Part shown: one piece after another, positions 16,509 through 24,822 of the stretch | Layout: every line of letters starts with the position of its first letter | Numbering within the stretch: the first letter of the stretch is position 1 | Source: a virus | Taxonomy: Duplodnaviria; Caudoviricetes | Reading direction: 5' to 3' (one strand) | DNA: 25,049 nucleotides | Virus record (IMG/VR): IMGVR_UViG_3300036909_000003 | Span: 1 to 25,049 of that record | Notes under the pieces: model-generated | Told to the model about the DNA's origin: nothing | Databases searched by the model: none | The model's input: the letters and a program-made list of their open reading frames with translations, nothing else | Program-made: the position numbers and the translations under genes

Positions 16509-17972
16509 TTACTTACGAGCCGCGCGCGCGGCCTGGTATTCGTTGTACGCCTTCAAGCCTTCTGCATACGGCTTGCCATTGAAGAATGTGAACATGGCCG
16601 GTTCCGGTTCAGAGTCGTTAACGCCATCTGAGGAAACGATGCGAGTCAGCGAAGCGAACGGATCAGTTCCGCCCTTGATGGATTCGGAAAGCTTGAGGTA
16701 GGCATCCTTTGCGCCCTTGTTGCCGGACTTGGCAACGGCAGGACGTAGAGCCTTGAGAAGGTTAGCGGCGTCACCAGTCGAGAAGTCGGATTCCGCATGT
16801 TCATCGGGCGGCAGTACAATCGCGCCCTCGGCATCCTTTTCCGCCTTCTCGTCTTTCTTTTCTTCATCTTCGGCGTCGGTCATCTCATCGTCGCCGAATT
16901 CGTCAGCATCCTTGCTGCCCTTTTTCTTGTCCTTGGCGGCGTGGGCTGGCTCCTCTTCCTCTTCGGAGAAGAACTCGTCCAGCAACTGGCGAAGCTGCTG
17001 AATCTTTGCGTCCTTGGCTCCCTTGCCATCCTTGGAGCCTTTCTTCTTGTCCTTGCCGCCAGCGCAATCGTCGCACCGGCAACCCTTGGGATGCTCATCA
17101 GCGTCCTTCTCCGCCTTCTCTTCTTTCTCGGATTCGAGAGCGGCATCGACGATCTTCTTGGCTTCTTCCGGTTCTGCGTCTTTCAGGGCGGCCTGAAGTC
17201 CGAGAGCGACCAGCAAACGATTTGACATTGTGATTCTCCTCAAACTCGATTTCGGGGCTGAATCCTTGATTCCCACTTCCGACCCCGCCCTGCCCTTTGG
17301 AACGATGGCAACATGGTTACCGCGAATCTTGCGCTGGACATATCGGCCATCGGCGTCCTTGCCCAACTCAAAAGTATATCCACAGGATACATCACGCACC
17401 CCATCATCTACTTTTACGTTCAGATCAGGGTGCTTTACATGGAGGTCTGCCAGGAGAGGCGTCTCGCCGTCATCCATCGGAGAACCCACGCGGATATTCT
17501 GCGCATGGCCCTTGCTGGTGGATTCGTATTCGTCCAGCGCATCGACCAGGATTTGCGGATCGGAGGGATGTTCATCTAATACGGACTTGCCCTCAAACGA
17601 GGCCAAAGTCTCAGGCGCGGTGACTTCCTCAAGTGGCCGGTATACGGTCACAAGTTCATCGTCTCCGATGCCCCACTCTGGTTTATAGCCGGGGTTTTTC
17701 TTGATCTCGCGCCCAAGGTACTGCTGGAATCCGGTACGCGCAATCGGTACATCTTTGTAAATCCGATAGCCTTCAGGGGTTTGGAACTGGTGTTCTTTGC
17801 CGGGAAGCAGGCTTGCGTAGTAGCTCAGGCGACCGCTTGGAGCGGGACTCGCATCGACGCCGCTGATCTTGTGCGCGTTGCGGCTGGCATAGAAGACAGA
17901 CTTCCCGCGCTTGGAACCATATTCCGATTCCATCGCGCGGATAATCTTCGATCCTTTAGCGGTCAATGGCAC
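16509..17972 (-). CDS. Prohead protease/scaffold (DUF2213-like)
   Basis: TPEGY...DVPIARTGFQQYLG, VYRP.EEV..PETLASFEGK...EHP, VSCGY, IRGNHVAIVPKGRAG motifs; acidic/lysine-rich scaffold tail. Confidence 0.92.
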   Translation of the reverse strand: MPLTAKGSKIIRAMESEYGSKRGKSVFYASRNAHKISGVDASPAPSGRLSYYASLLPGKEHQFQTPEGYRIYKDVPIARTGFQQYLGREIKKNPGYKPEWGIGDDELVTVYRPLEEVTAPETLASFEGKSVLDEHPSDPQILVDALDEYESTSKGHAQNIRVGSPMDDGETPLLADLHVKHPDLNVKVDDGVRDVSCGYTFELGKDADGRYVQRKIRGNHVAIVPKGRAGSEVGIKDSAPKSSLRRITMSNRLLVALGLQAALKDAEPEEAKKIVDAALESEKEEKAEKDADEHPKGCRCDDCAGGKDKKKGSKDGKGAKDAKIQQLRQLLDEFFSEEEEEPAHAAKDKKKGSKDADEFGDDEMTDAEDEEKKDEKAEKDAEGAIVLPPDEHAESDFSTGDAANLLKALRPAVAKSGNKGAKDAYLKLSESIKGGTDPFASLTRIVSSDGVNDSEPEPAMFTFFNGKPYAEGLKAYNEYQAARAARK

Positions 17973-18063
17973 GAATTCAGAGTATCACAACCTGAAAACG
18001 TACTCCTATTGGAATGTCTGAATCGGTCGTCAAGAGCGTTTCTGCTCTATTGAACCAAAGTAG

Positions 18064-18693
18064 TTACGGGAGATTGAAGGGACGCGTGTACGTCTCTGCG
18101 CCGGGATTGCCTCCCCATTTCTGGGCATAGTAGAGCGTCCGATACGGGAACATTGCGTTCACCTGGGCGGAGATGAGCGGGTCTGCTTTGAGTGTTTGCG
18201 ACGGCTCGTGATAGACGGGTAGCGCGGTTTCGATCAGTTCCCACCCGCGCAGCTTCATGCGATAGTACCAATCACAATCACTTGCGTACCACTGTAGATT
18301 GGTGTCCCACTCTCCTGCATCCTCAGCAGCGTCCATGTTGATCGCGGAGAGCGCATCGTAGTTCGTGAATAGGACTCCCCATTTGCGACCGGACTCGGTG
18401 TACTCACGCGCAAGCCTGAGTAGTTCAGCACAGGTGCCCGGCGCGGCCACGGCGTCTGAGTGCATCCATATGCAGATCGATGCGCCTGCGTCTCGTGTCT
18501 TGTTCAGCATGAGGTTCATGGTCTGCGAGAACGACAGCGGAACCGATGGGCGCATGTTCCAATAGATCCGCACATCGTCGCCCGTCTTGGAATTGTCAAT
18601 CACCATCGGATGAATATCCTTAGCGCTATCGACCGCCATCTTTAGCAGATCGGGGCGATTCACGTAGGGAATGAAGGCACGATGGTCGGTCAT
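18064..18693 (-). CDS. Glycosyltransferase, GT-A fold (GT2-like)
   Basis: IPYVNRPDLL, VIDNS, WMHSDA (DxD-like), GEWDTNL.WYASDCDWYYR, VYHEPSQT. Start set at the ATGA overlap with the upstream gene. Confidence 0.8.
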   Translation of the reverse strand: MTDHRAFIPYVNRPDLLKMAVDSAKDIHPMVIDNSKTGDDVRIYWNMRPSVPLSFSQTMNLMLNKTRDAGASICIWMHSDAVAAPGTCAELLRLAREYTESGRKWGVLFTNYDALSAINMDAAEDAGEWDTNLQWYASDCDWYYRMKLRGWELIETALPVYHEPSQTLKADPLISAQVNAMFPYRTLYYAQKWGGNPGAETYTRPFNLP

Positions 18694-19883
18694 GCAATCC
18701 CTTTCCGAAACCACGCCTCAAAGAACTGCCAGAGATCAGTCCAATCGAGTCCTTCTGTTAACCCGCAATCGAAATTCTCTGGTTTAAGGCGAGGGTCAAG
18801 CATTGCAAGCTTCCATTGCTGCGCGTCAAATACAGGGCGCTTAGATGCGAATGCACCATCGTACCGGAATGCTCTGGGCTTTATTTTCAGTAGAGGATTA
18901 AGCCATTCCGCTGCTCCAGCGTAATCACCGTGAATGCACGGCGTTCCGCAGGCCAACGATTCAAATATCGGGAATCCGAATCCTTCCCCTAGCCCAATCC
19001 CAAGCGTCACATCGCACGCGGAATATGCCCACGTCATCTGCTCATCGCTCAGCCGGCCAGTGGTGATGATTGCTCGATTGGCCAGTCCGTAGTCATGCAG
19101 CAGCGCAGAGATTGACCAGTAGCGCTCCAGCGCGTCCGTGTGAATCCAGATTAGCGTATCGCGCTCTTTGGTGACCATCGACACAGCCTCAATCGCCGTA
19201 CCGTAGTCCTTTCGCGCCTGGTTCGTTGCCACTATGCCCACGAGGAATTGATCTGTGCCGATGGAGAAATCCACGTCTGGCCCCAGAATCAACTCGCCAA
19301 ACTTGCGCCGCGCCTTGTCTCTCCCGCGTGGTTTCCAGATGGCTGTATCGATACCGTGGGGCAAAGCGTCGATAGTCTTGCCGTCGCCCAGTGTGCGCTC
19401 GATGATGCGTGCCGACCATTCGCTGTAGGCTAAAACACGGTCAAAACCCGACAATACAACCTTAAGCAATGACGAAAGCCGGTCATTTGGCCCGGTGGCG
19501 TCGATGGCGCTATAGGTCCATAGCTTGAACGGTTTGGTGGCAAGGAATTCGCGGAGGGCCACGTTCGGGCAGTACTGCTCTGGATTTGTGAGCCAGAGAA
19601 GCCGGGAAGCATCCCAGATGCAAAAAAGTATCCCCTTTCCATCGCCCGCGAAGTCGTGCCACGCCGCCGGCAGTTCCTTGACTACCCAATTCTCCATGCT
19701 GTGAATGTGGTAATCCGGCCAGGGGATGCTACGCGAACCGATGCCTCCATAGCCGATTGTCGCCACGCGGAACACGTCCGGCATGTACTCGTGGATGCGC
19801 TGCGCCAGATCGCGGGTGATGCGCCCGAGGCCGCTCGTGCTGGTTACGCTGTCGGAGAGGATGAGCAGGGGAATTTGCTTCAC
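18690..19883 (-). CDS. Glycosyltransferase, GT-B fold (GT4-like)
   Basis: SDSVTSTSGLGRITRDL, PHGID, VATNQARKDY, YSACDV..GEGFGFPIFESLACGTPCI (E-x7-E). Confidence 0.9.
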   Translation of the reverse strand: MKQIPLLILSDSVTSTSGLGRITRDLAQRIHEYMPDVFRVATIGYGGIGSRSIPWPDYHIHSMENWVVKELPAAWHDFAGDGKGILFCIWDASRLLWLTNPEQYCPNVALREFLATKPFKLWTYSAIDATGPNDRLSSLLKVVLSGFDRVLAYSEWSARIIERTLGDGKTIDALPHGIDTAIWKPRGRDKARRKFGELILGPDVDFSIGTDQFLVGIVATNQARKDYGTAIEAVSMVTKERDTLIWIHTDALERYWSISALLHDYGLANRAIITTGRLSDEQMTWAYSACDVTLGIGLGEGFGFPIFESLACGTPCIHGDYAGAAEWLNPLLKIKPRAFRYDGAFASKRPVFDAQQWKLAMLDPRLKPENFDCGLTEGLDWTDLWQFFEAWFRKGIA

Positions 19884-20023
19884 TGCGCCTCCTTCAGCAC
19901 GTCTTCAATGATCTCCCGCAGCAGCGACCGCAGCGGCTTGTTGAGAGCCAATGCACGCTTACGGGCGATGGCCAGCGTGGCTTCGTCTACGCGGATGGTG
20001 ACTGGAGTACCGATCTTACGCAT
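19880..20023 (-). CDS. Ribbon-helix-helix DNA-binding protein, 47 aa
   Basis: MRKIGTPVTIRVDEATLAIARKRALALNKPLRSLLREIIEDVLKEAQ; AAAGGA RBS before ATG 20023; GTGA overlap with the GT4 gene. Confidence 0.75.
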   Translation of the reverse strand: MRKIGTPVTIRVDEATLAIARKRALALNKPLRSLLREIIEDVLKEAQ

Positions 20024-20114
20024 TAATTCCTTTCGATTAGGAGGCCCAGGCCGCGTCAGAAGCTGCGAGAAAGAATAAGCGCATTCGGCGGCGGCCCAGA
20101 ATGAACCTGAAACC

Positions 20115-20142
20115 AGTGTACTACGATTCGTACTCTTGTCAA
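20115..20142 (-). promoter_or_regulatory. Sigma70-like promoter of the RHH-glycosyltransferase cassette
   Basis: Minus strand TTGACA-N16-TACACT. The spacer holds a TACGA-A-TCGTA inverted repeat and an AGTAC direct repeat. Confidence 0.7.
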
Positions 20143-20605
20143 TGGTATTGTTTTCCATAGGAGGCCCATTCCCTCGGGAAAGGAGGGTGATTGAGGTATA
20201 CGCAACAATGAACTACTCTTGAATCCTCGCCCCACTTCTGAGGCGCTGGGGTTCCCTATTCCCCTAGTCGGCCTGTCTCACGACAGTTTCCCATTGGACG
20301 CGGACGTATGGGCCATCGCTGGATTCACTACCAGCCCGGAGCCGCGAATTAGTTTTGATTTTTCTTGGATTCATCCCCGTGCGGTGTGTCGGGGTAGATG
20401 ATTTGTATAGCGCCCTTTTATTTCTCAGAACATCACGGTAGGCGCGGAACCAACTGCCATCAGCAAAACTATGCGAGTTGTGCAATAATGGTTTCATTGT
20501 TGCCGCACAACAATAATGACTCACGGATATTCTTAGAGTCAAGCACCCCCTGGATAAAACCGGGGGGTTTGCTTTTATGGGAATCATAAGAGATATATCA
20601 GACAG

Positions 20606-20633
20606 AAACACAAAGCCGCCCATTTCGGACGGC
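20606..20633 (-). terminator. Rho-independent terminator after the head morphogenesis gene
   Basis: Minus strand GCCGTCC-GAAAT-GGGCGGC-TTTGTGTTT, 33 nt past the stop at 20667. Confidence 0.65.
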
Positions 20634-20666
20634 GCTGTGTGCTCTGGTACCTTCCGCAGTCTCCTT

Positions 20667-21491
20667 TCATGTTGAGATTTGGATGAACTTTGCGCGGGTC
20701 ATGCGCGTGATGCTGCCACGGCTGTAAACTCGGCACGGCCATGTAACCTCATCTAAATCAATGATTGGCACTCCTGTGCATCTGCAATTCGGCGCGTGAC
20801 CGGCGTTGTATTTCCCAAGCGTGGACCGCTGGCCAATCAGGGCTTCAGGCGATGGAGGATCACTCCAGTTCACCAGAATCATATCCATCTTGCGGTGGGA
20901 TAGGCGCACGCGAGAATCTTCACTCGAAAGCCATTGATACCATTTCACGCCAAGATTCTCCGACCGTGCCCGCGTGATTGACTCGGCTGCGCTCGATACC
21001 TCCGTTCGCGCCAGCATAGCAATATGACTGCGCGTGATGGCAGGGAAGCGTCCGCGAATGTCCTTGGCGATGGTCTCGGCCCGCTCCCCGCGCATCTGCC
21101 GGGTTGCAATCTGACTGGCCAGCGTTTGCGCCAGGTCCTGCGGCATGGAGCGTATCAGAGCAGCGTGTGTACTCACCAGTGACCGCACAGACGCGCCCAC
21201 AGGCCCCGCCATTTCGCGCCGCAGCAAGTCGTATATGCGTTTGCCTTGTGAAGACTTCGCCGCCGCCTCACGCCAACTCTGTGCGTTCTGGACGGCTATC
21301 TGTGTGACCATGCGCCGAGCCAGGGAGTCGGACGCCTTCATTACCCTCTCACCTCCACCATTGCCGAGGAACGCGAAGATGCTCTCAAGATCGGCGTCAT
21401 GCGGGAAAGTGCGCAGCCATATTTCCATGAGAGCATTGAGGGCGCGTCGGTATTCTTGCTCGATTCGTTGGGGGCGGTGGAAAGCTGGCAT
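20667..21491 (-). CDS. Head morphogenesis protein (Mu gpF/SPP1 gp7 family)
   Basis: LARTEVS, YQWLSSEDSRVRLSH, GHAPNCRC motifs; follows the portal. Confidence 0.9.
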   Translation of the reverse strand: MPAFHRPQRIEQEYRRALNALMEIWLRTFPHDADLESIFAFLGNGGGERVMKASDSLARRMVTQIAVQNAQSWREAAAKSSQGKRIYDLLRREMAGPVGASVRSLVSTHAALIRSMPQDLAQTLASQIATRQMRGERAETIAKDIRGRFPAITRSHIAMLARTEVSSAAESITRARSENLGVKWYQWLSSEDSRVRLSHRKMDMILVNWSDPPSPEALIGQRSTLGKYNAGHAPNCRCTGVPIIDLDEVTWPCRVYSRGSITRMTRAKFIQIST

Positions 21492-21492
21492 A

Positions 21493-23028
21493 TTAGCCCC
21501 TTATCCGCTTCCATGCCCGCTCAAACCATGAATCCTTGCCGCCCTCTGTCTTCTCGGCCTCGGTGTCACCGTGCTCTTCACCGAACGTCTCAGTGCCAGC
21601 GCGGGCTTCCGCTTCATCTACCTGCATGGGAGGCTGTACCTCATCGTCCGCCGCCTCGATCATTTCATCCGTCACATTGGACCCAAGGCCCGTTTCTGCG
21701 CTGGCTGTCTTGATTTCGCGCAACGTGGTCTGCCTTCCAAGCACACCGGCATTGTAGTAGCCGAGTATGCTCTCGCCGTGGCTCTTTGCTAACTCCGCCT
21801 TTTCCTTGCTGTTCATCGTGCGGATTGGCGCGAACGCATAATCCAGATCGTCGGGAATCTCGCCCCAGGTGGACATGCAGATGATCGGAATCAGCTTGTC
21901 CATCAGCGGGCGGTCCTTCTGCCGGCGCTCCTGGTCTGCCGAATCGTAATAGTTCTGGAGATCACCCTCGTTTGACTGCCCAAGGCCGGTCTGCGTGTCG
22001 CCGAACAGCCTTGAGAACGGATACCCAGCCGCCCCACACAGCGCCGTCATCTGCATCTTCATCACTTCGGATAGACCACTGAAAGAGTAGGAGTTGCTGA
22101 ATAGTTCACCCTCTTCGCCGAGCGCCAGAATACCGTTTGTGGAGATTGCTTCTGATACCGCCGTCATGCGGGCAGCATAGTCCACAAGCTGCTGCTGTGT
22201 CAGGTTCAGGCCGGAGAGCATCTGTGCCAGCATCGGCTCTTTCATGGCCAGCACGTTGGCGCGGGCGATCAGGTCCGATACCGCTGCCATACCGTAGTCG
22301 TATCTCTGTTGCTCGTCAAGAATTGCCTCGACCTCGCTCATGCCCCAGTACGTTTCGATCTGCTTCTCGAACAGCGGCAAGTCCCGGCCCAGGAACCGAA
22401 GGCACCGAGAATGATGGACGCGCAAGTTCTGATTCGCTTCCGTATACACATCGTAGTACACAGGTAAGCCGTATTCGGTGGGGTTGTCCAGATCGGTGAT
22501 GAGTGCGGAGCTTGGCGACATGCCAGACCAGCGGTCCACTACGATCATGCCGCGATAGCTTCCCGGTTCCACGTCCTCAATCTTGAGCGGCTTGGACAGG
22601 TCATTGTCGCCCTTGAGGATGATGATTCCCAGTGCCCCGCCGAACAGCCTGCCCCACTTGCGGCCCTCAATGTACTTCTGGAGCGTGCCCGTCTCGGCCA
22701 CCACTTTATCGAACGCGCCAATATCCTCCGGCGTCACATCGCAGAGCAGGGATGGGAATGCCTTGAGTTGGTCCTGCGGCTTCACATCCACCACTTGCCG
22801 GATGATCCAAGAGCCGCGATACATGAACACAAGCTTTTGGTAATCCAGCGAGATGCGAAATGGGATGTGCCGACCGGCGTTGACGGCGCTCGACGTTCCA
22901 AAGCCTATGTTCGCCGCCTGGTTCGCGTAGACATCGCCCACTCCTGCGTTCTGGTTTGGTGCCTGGAGGCGCAACCGTTCTGCCGTCCGCTGCTTCGCCG
23001 CATTCAATCGCTGCTGTGTGCTGGCCAT
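21493..23028 (-). CDS. Portal protein (DUF1073-like)
   Basis: MYRGSWIIRQVVD, WGRLFGG, VHHSR, YWGMS, FSGLSEV, GYPFSRLFG...GL..SNEGDLQNYYD motifs. Confidence 0.9.
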   Translation of the reverse strand: MASTQQRLNAAKQRTAERLRLQAPNQNAGVGDVYANQAANIGFGTSSAVNAGRHIPFRISLDYQKLVFMYRGSWIIRQVVDVKPQDQLKAFPSLLCDVTPEDIGAFDKVVAETGTLQKYIEGRKWGRLFGGALGIIILKGDNDLSKPLKIEDVEPGSYRGMIVVDRWSGMSPSSALITDLDNPTEYGLPVYYDVYTEANQNLRVHHSRCLRFLGRDLPLFEKQIETYWGMSEVEAILDEQQRYDYGMAAVSDLIARANVLAMKEPMLAQMLSGLNLTQQQLVDYAARMTAVSEAISTNGILALGEEGELFSNSYSFSGLSEVMKMQMTALCGAAGYPFSRLFGDTQTGLGQSNEGDLQNYYDSADQERRQKDRPLMDKLIPIICMSTWGEIPDDLDYAFAPIRTMNSKEKAELAKSHGESILGYYNAGVLGRQTTLREIKTASAETGLGSNVTDEMIEAADDEVQPPMQVDEAEARAGTETFGEEHGDTEAEKTEGGKDSWFERAWKRIRG

Positions 23029-23076
23029 GTGAATAGTCTACCGCATTGCATGTATTGAGGTACGCATCGGAATACG

Positions 23077-24309
23077 CTAGCCCAGCCGATACTTCGGAAT
23101 GACCTTGCACACGCCTACGCGCACAGCGTCACAACTGTGGTCATGGTCCTTGATCGGCTGCTCTTCTCCGCGCTTCGCAGCCTTGGGGTCCCAACTGTAG
23201 CCCTCATGCTCTTTGATGGTCATAGGGCAGTGCTTGGCGTGAATTTTATACATGCCGGACTTGAGCGCCATCGAGGTGCGCCGGATGCCCTCTAATACTT
23301 CGTTCTCTCCGTTCTTGACGTGGTACCCGCGCCGCACCAGTTCGAGCTTGAAGCTGGCCGCGCTCGGGTCCACCACCACCACGAGGCCGCGATGCTCAGG
23401 ACCAACGAACGCATCAAAGTCTTCTCCATATTCTGAGTCTGTTTTCTGCCGCCGCTCTTTGGCGCTATCCCAATAGAACTCCCGCTCCTGGTAAAGCGTC
23501 TTTCCGTCCCCGTAAACGTCGAGGAATACGCAGGGATTGATCGTTCCATAGTCCACAAAGACGTAATGCTCTGCGGGGCTGGTGAGCAGCGCAATTGGCC
23601 GGCTATCGTCGTCGTACTTGCAGTTCGGCCCCAATACGTCCCGGTAGATGGACGATTCCGCAACAACCCACTGGCCCAAGATGTACCGCTGATAGAACAC
23701 CCCGGAGTACATGTTCTTCTGCGCGTCGATGTACTCAGCGCTCAAGTTTGGGTTGTCATCCATCGTGTAGTGTCCCGACCAAAGCAGCTTCTTCGTCCGC
23801 AGAGTGGGATTGTCGAGGAATTCGGTCTTGAGCCAGTGCATCGGCGTTGCAGGGTTTGTGGTCCCGTACAGCCGCGCACCATCTGGCGACATGCGGGTGA
23901 GCAGCATCTGAAAGAATTCCTGCGGCATGAGCGTGATTTCATCGCCCACCGCCAAGCCCACGGTAAGCCCGCGAACATACTTCTCGCTGCCTTCATCCTT
24001 GGCCCCCATCACCAGCCACGTAGACCCGCACAGACGCAAGAGACCGCTCTGGTGGTTGTACGTGTAGTTGGAAGGGCCTACGAGGTTGAACAGGTCATTC
24101 AGGACGTTGTTGAAGATGGTCTGCTTCGATACGCCAGTAAGAACCTTCCAGCCGTTCACCTGGTACCTGCAGCCCTGGAGAATCTTGGGATGGAGCGCCC
24201 ATGTTTTCCCTGACCGAACGCTGCCTTCGAGCAGGTTGATGCGCCGGTCTAGTTCGAGAGGGCGGTAGGCGAATTCCTTGAGCCGTGGACCGAAATTTAG
24301 AATCGCCAT
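23077..24309 (-). CDS. terL: Terminase large subunit (PBSX-like)
   Basis: Walker A EGSVRSGKT, Walker B AVGDE, GTTNP, nuclease motifs VDYGTINP, VDPSA, DHSCDAVR. Start taken at ATG 24309; GTG 24330 is also possible. Confidence 0.95.
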   Translation of the reverse strand: MAILNFGPRLKEFAYRPLELDRRINLLEGSVRSGKTWALHPKILQGCRYQVNGWKVLTGVSKQTIFNNVLNDLFNLVGPSNYTYNHQSGLLRLCGSTWLVMGAKDEGSEKYVRGLTVGLAVGDEITLMPQEFFQMLLTRMSPDGARLYGTTNPATPMHWLKTEFLDNPTLRTKKLLWSGHYTMDDNPNLSAEYIDAQKNMYSGVFYQRYILGQWVVAESSIYRDVLGPNCKYDDDSRPIALLTSPAEHYVFVDYGTINPCVFLDVYGDGKTLYQEREFYWDSAKERRQKTDSEYGEDFDAFVGPEHRGLVVVVDPSAASFKLELVRRGYHVKNGENEVLEGIRRTSMALKSGMYKIHAKHCPMTIKEHEGYSWDPKAAKRGEEQPIKDHDHSCDAVRVGVCKVIPKYRLG

Positions 24310-24363
24310 TTCCGCACCGTTTGTTACCACTTAGTACACATTACTAACTCTTTTGTTTTCAGT

Positions 24364-24397
24364 AAAAGGTGTCGCCGATTCCGAGGGTGACACTTTT
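24364..24397 (+). terminator. Hairpin flanked by A and T runs between terS and terL
   Basis: AAAAG-GTGTCGCC-N9-GGTGACAC-TTTT; the G-U pair favours folding of the plus-strand RNA. Confidence 0.45.
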
Positions 24398-24462
24398 CAG
24401 AGAGATTCTCAATTCAGAGAGAATGTTTACTATTCCGCCAATATTTAAACCTTTTAGAATCA

Positions 24463-24822
24463 TTATTCCTCTGATTCCGGCTCTTCCGTCTTCGGCATCT
24501 CCTGGTATTCACGGCGGAATTCGGAGAGCAATTCGGCTAACGGATCGCTCGTCTGCCTCACTTCCGACTTGTCGGCTTGCCCTAGAAACTGCTTCCCGAG
24601 CCATATCAGCATCGTGGGATTGCCTGCAATGGCGACCTCGAACTGCTTGCGCCGTAGACTGGCGTTCCGATGCTCGCGGCCCGCCTTCATTATGCCCTTG
24701 AATCGCCGCTCGATTGTGTCAGGCGAACAGTCCAGAACTGCACCAATCTCCGCGTTCGACAGACCGATGGATGCCAGTTTCTTCACCTGGTCAGGATCAA
24801 TCCGTTTAGGTGTTCGCGCCAT
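24463..24822 (-). CDS. terS: Terminase small subunit (HTH)
   Basis: LASIGLSNAEIGAVLDCSPDTIERRF HTH and SLRRKQF..A..GNPTMLIWLGKQFLGQ motif; upstream of terL. Confidence 0.85.
   Translation of the reverse strand: MARTPKRIDPDQVKKLASIGLSNAEIGAVLDCSPDTIERRFKGIMKAGREHRNASLRRKQFEVAIAGNPTMLIWLGKQFLGQADKSEVRQTSDPLAELLSEFRREYQEMPKTEEPESEE

Noticed and set aside
14736-16631. 631-aa plus-strand ORF
   Set aside because: Antisense shadow of the capsid and decoration genes; no recognisable motifs, and expected from GC-rich codon bias.
20273-20284. Minus-strand GTCGTGAGACAG, resembling 23S rRNA or the I-CreI site
   Set aside because: Only 12 nt match and the flanks are not rRNA-like; treated as a GNRA hairpin.
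20264-20623. 119-aa minus-strand ORF
   Set aside because: Begins inside a terminator hairpin, has no clear RBS or protein motif, and overlaps the inverted repeats. A shorter version from ATG ~20497 cannot be fully excluded.
21493-23028. Anti-CBASS Acb1 label sometimes given to DUF1073 proteins
   Set aside because: Position and motifs fit a portal; no paired HxT/S 2H-phosphoesterase domain is visible.
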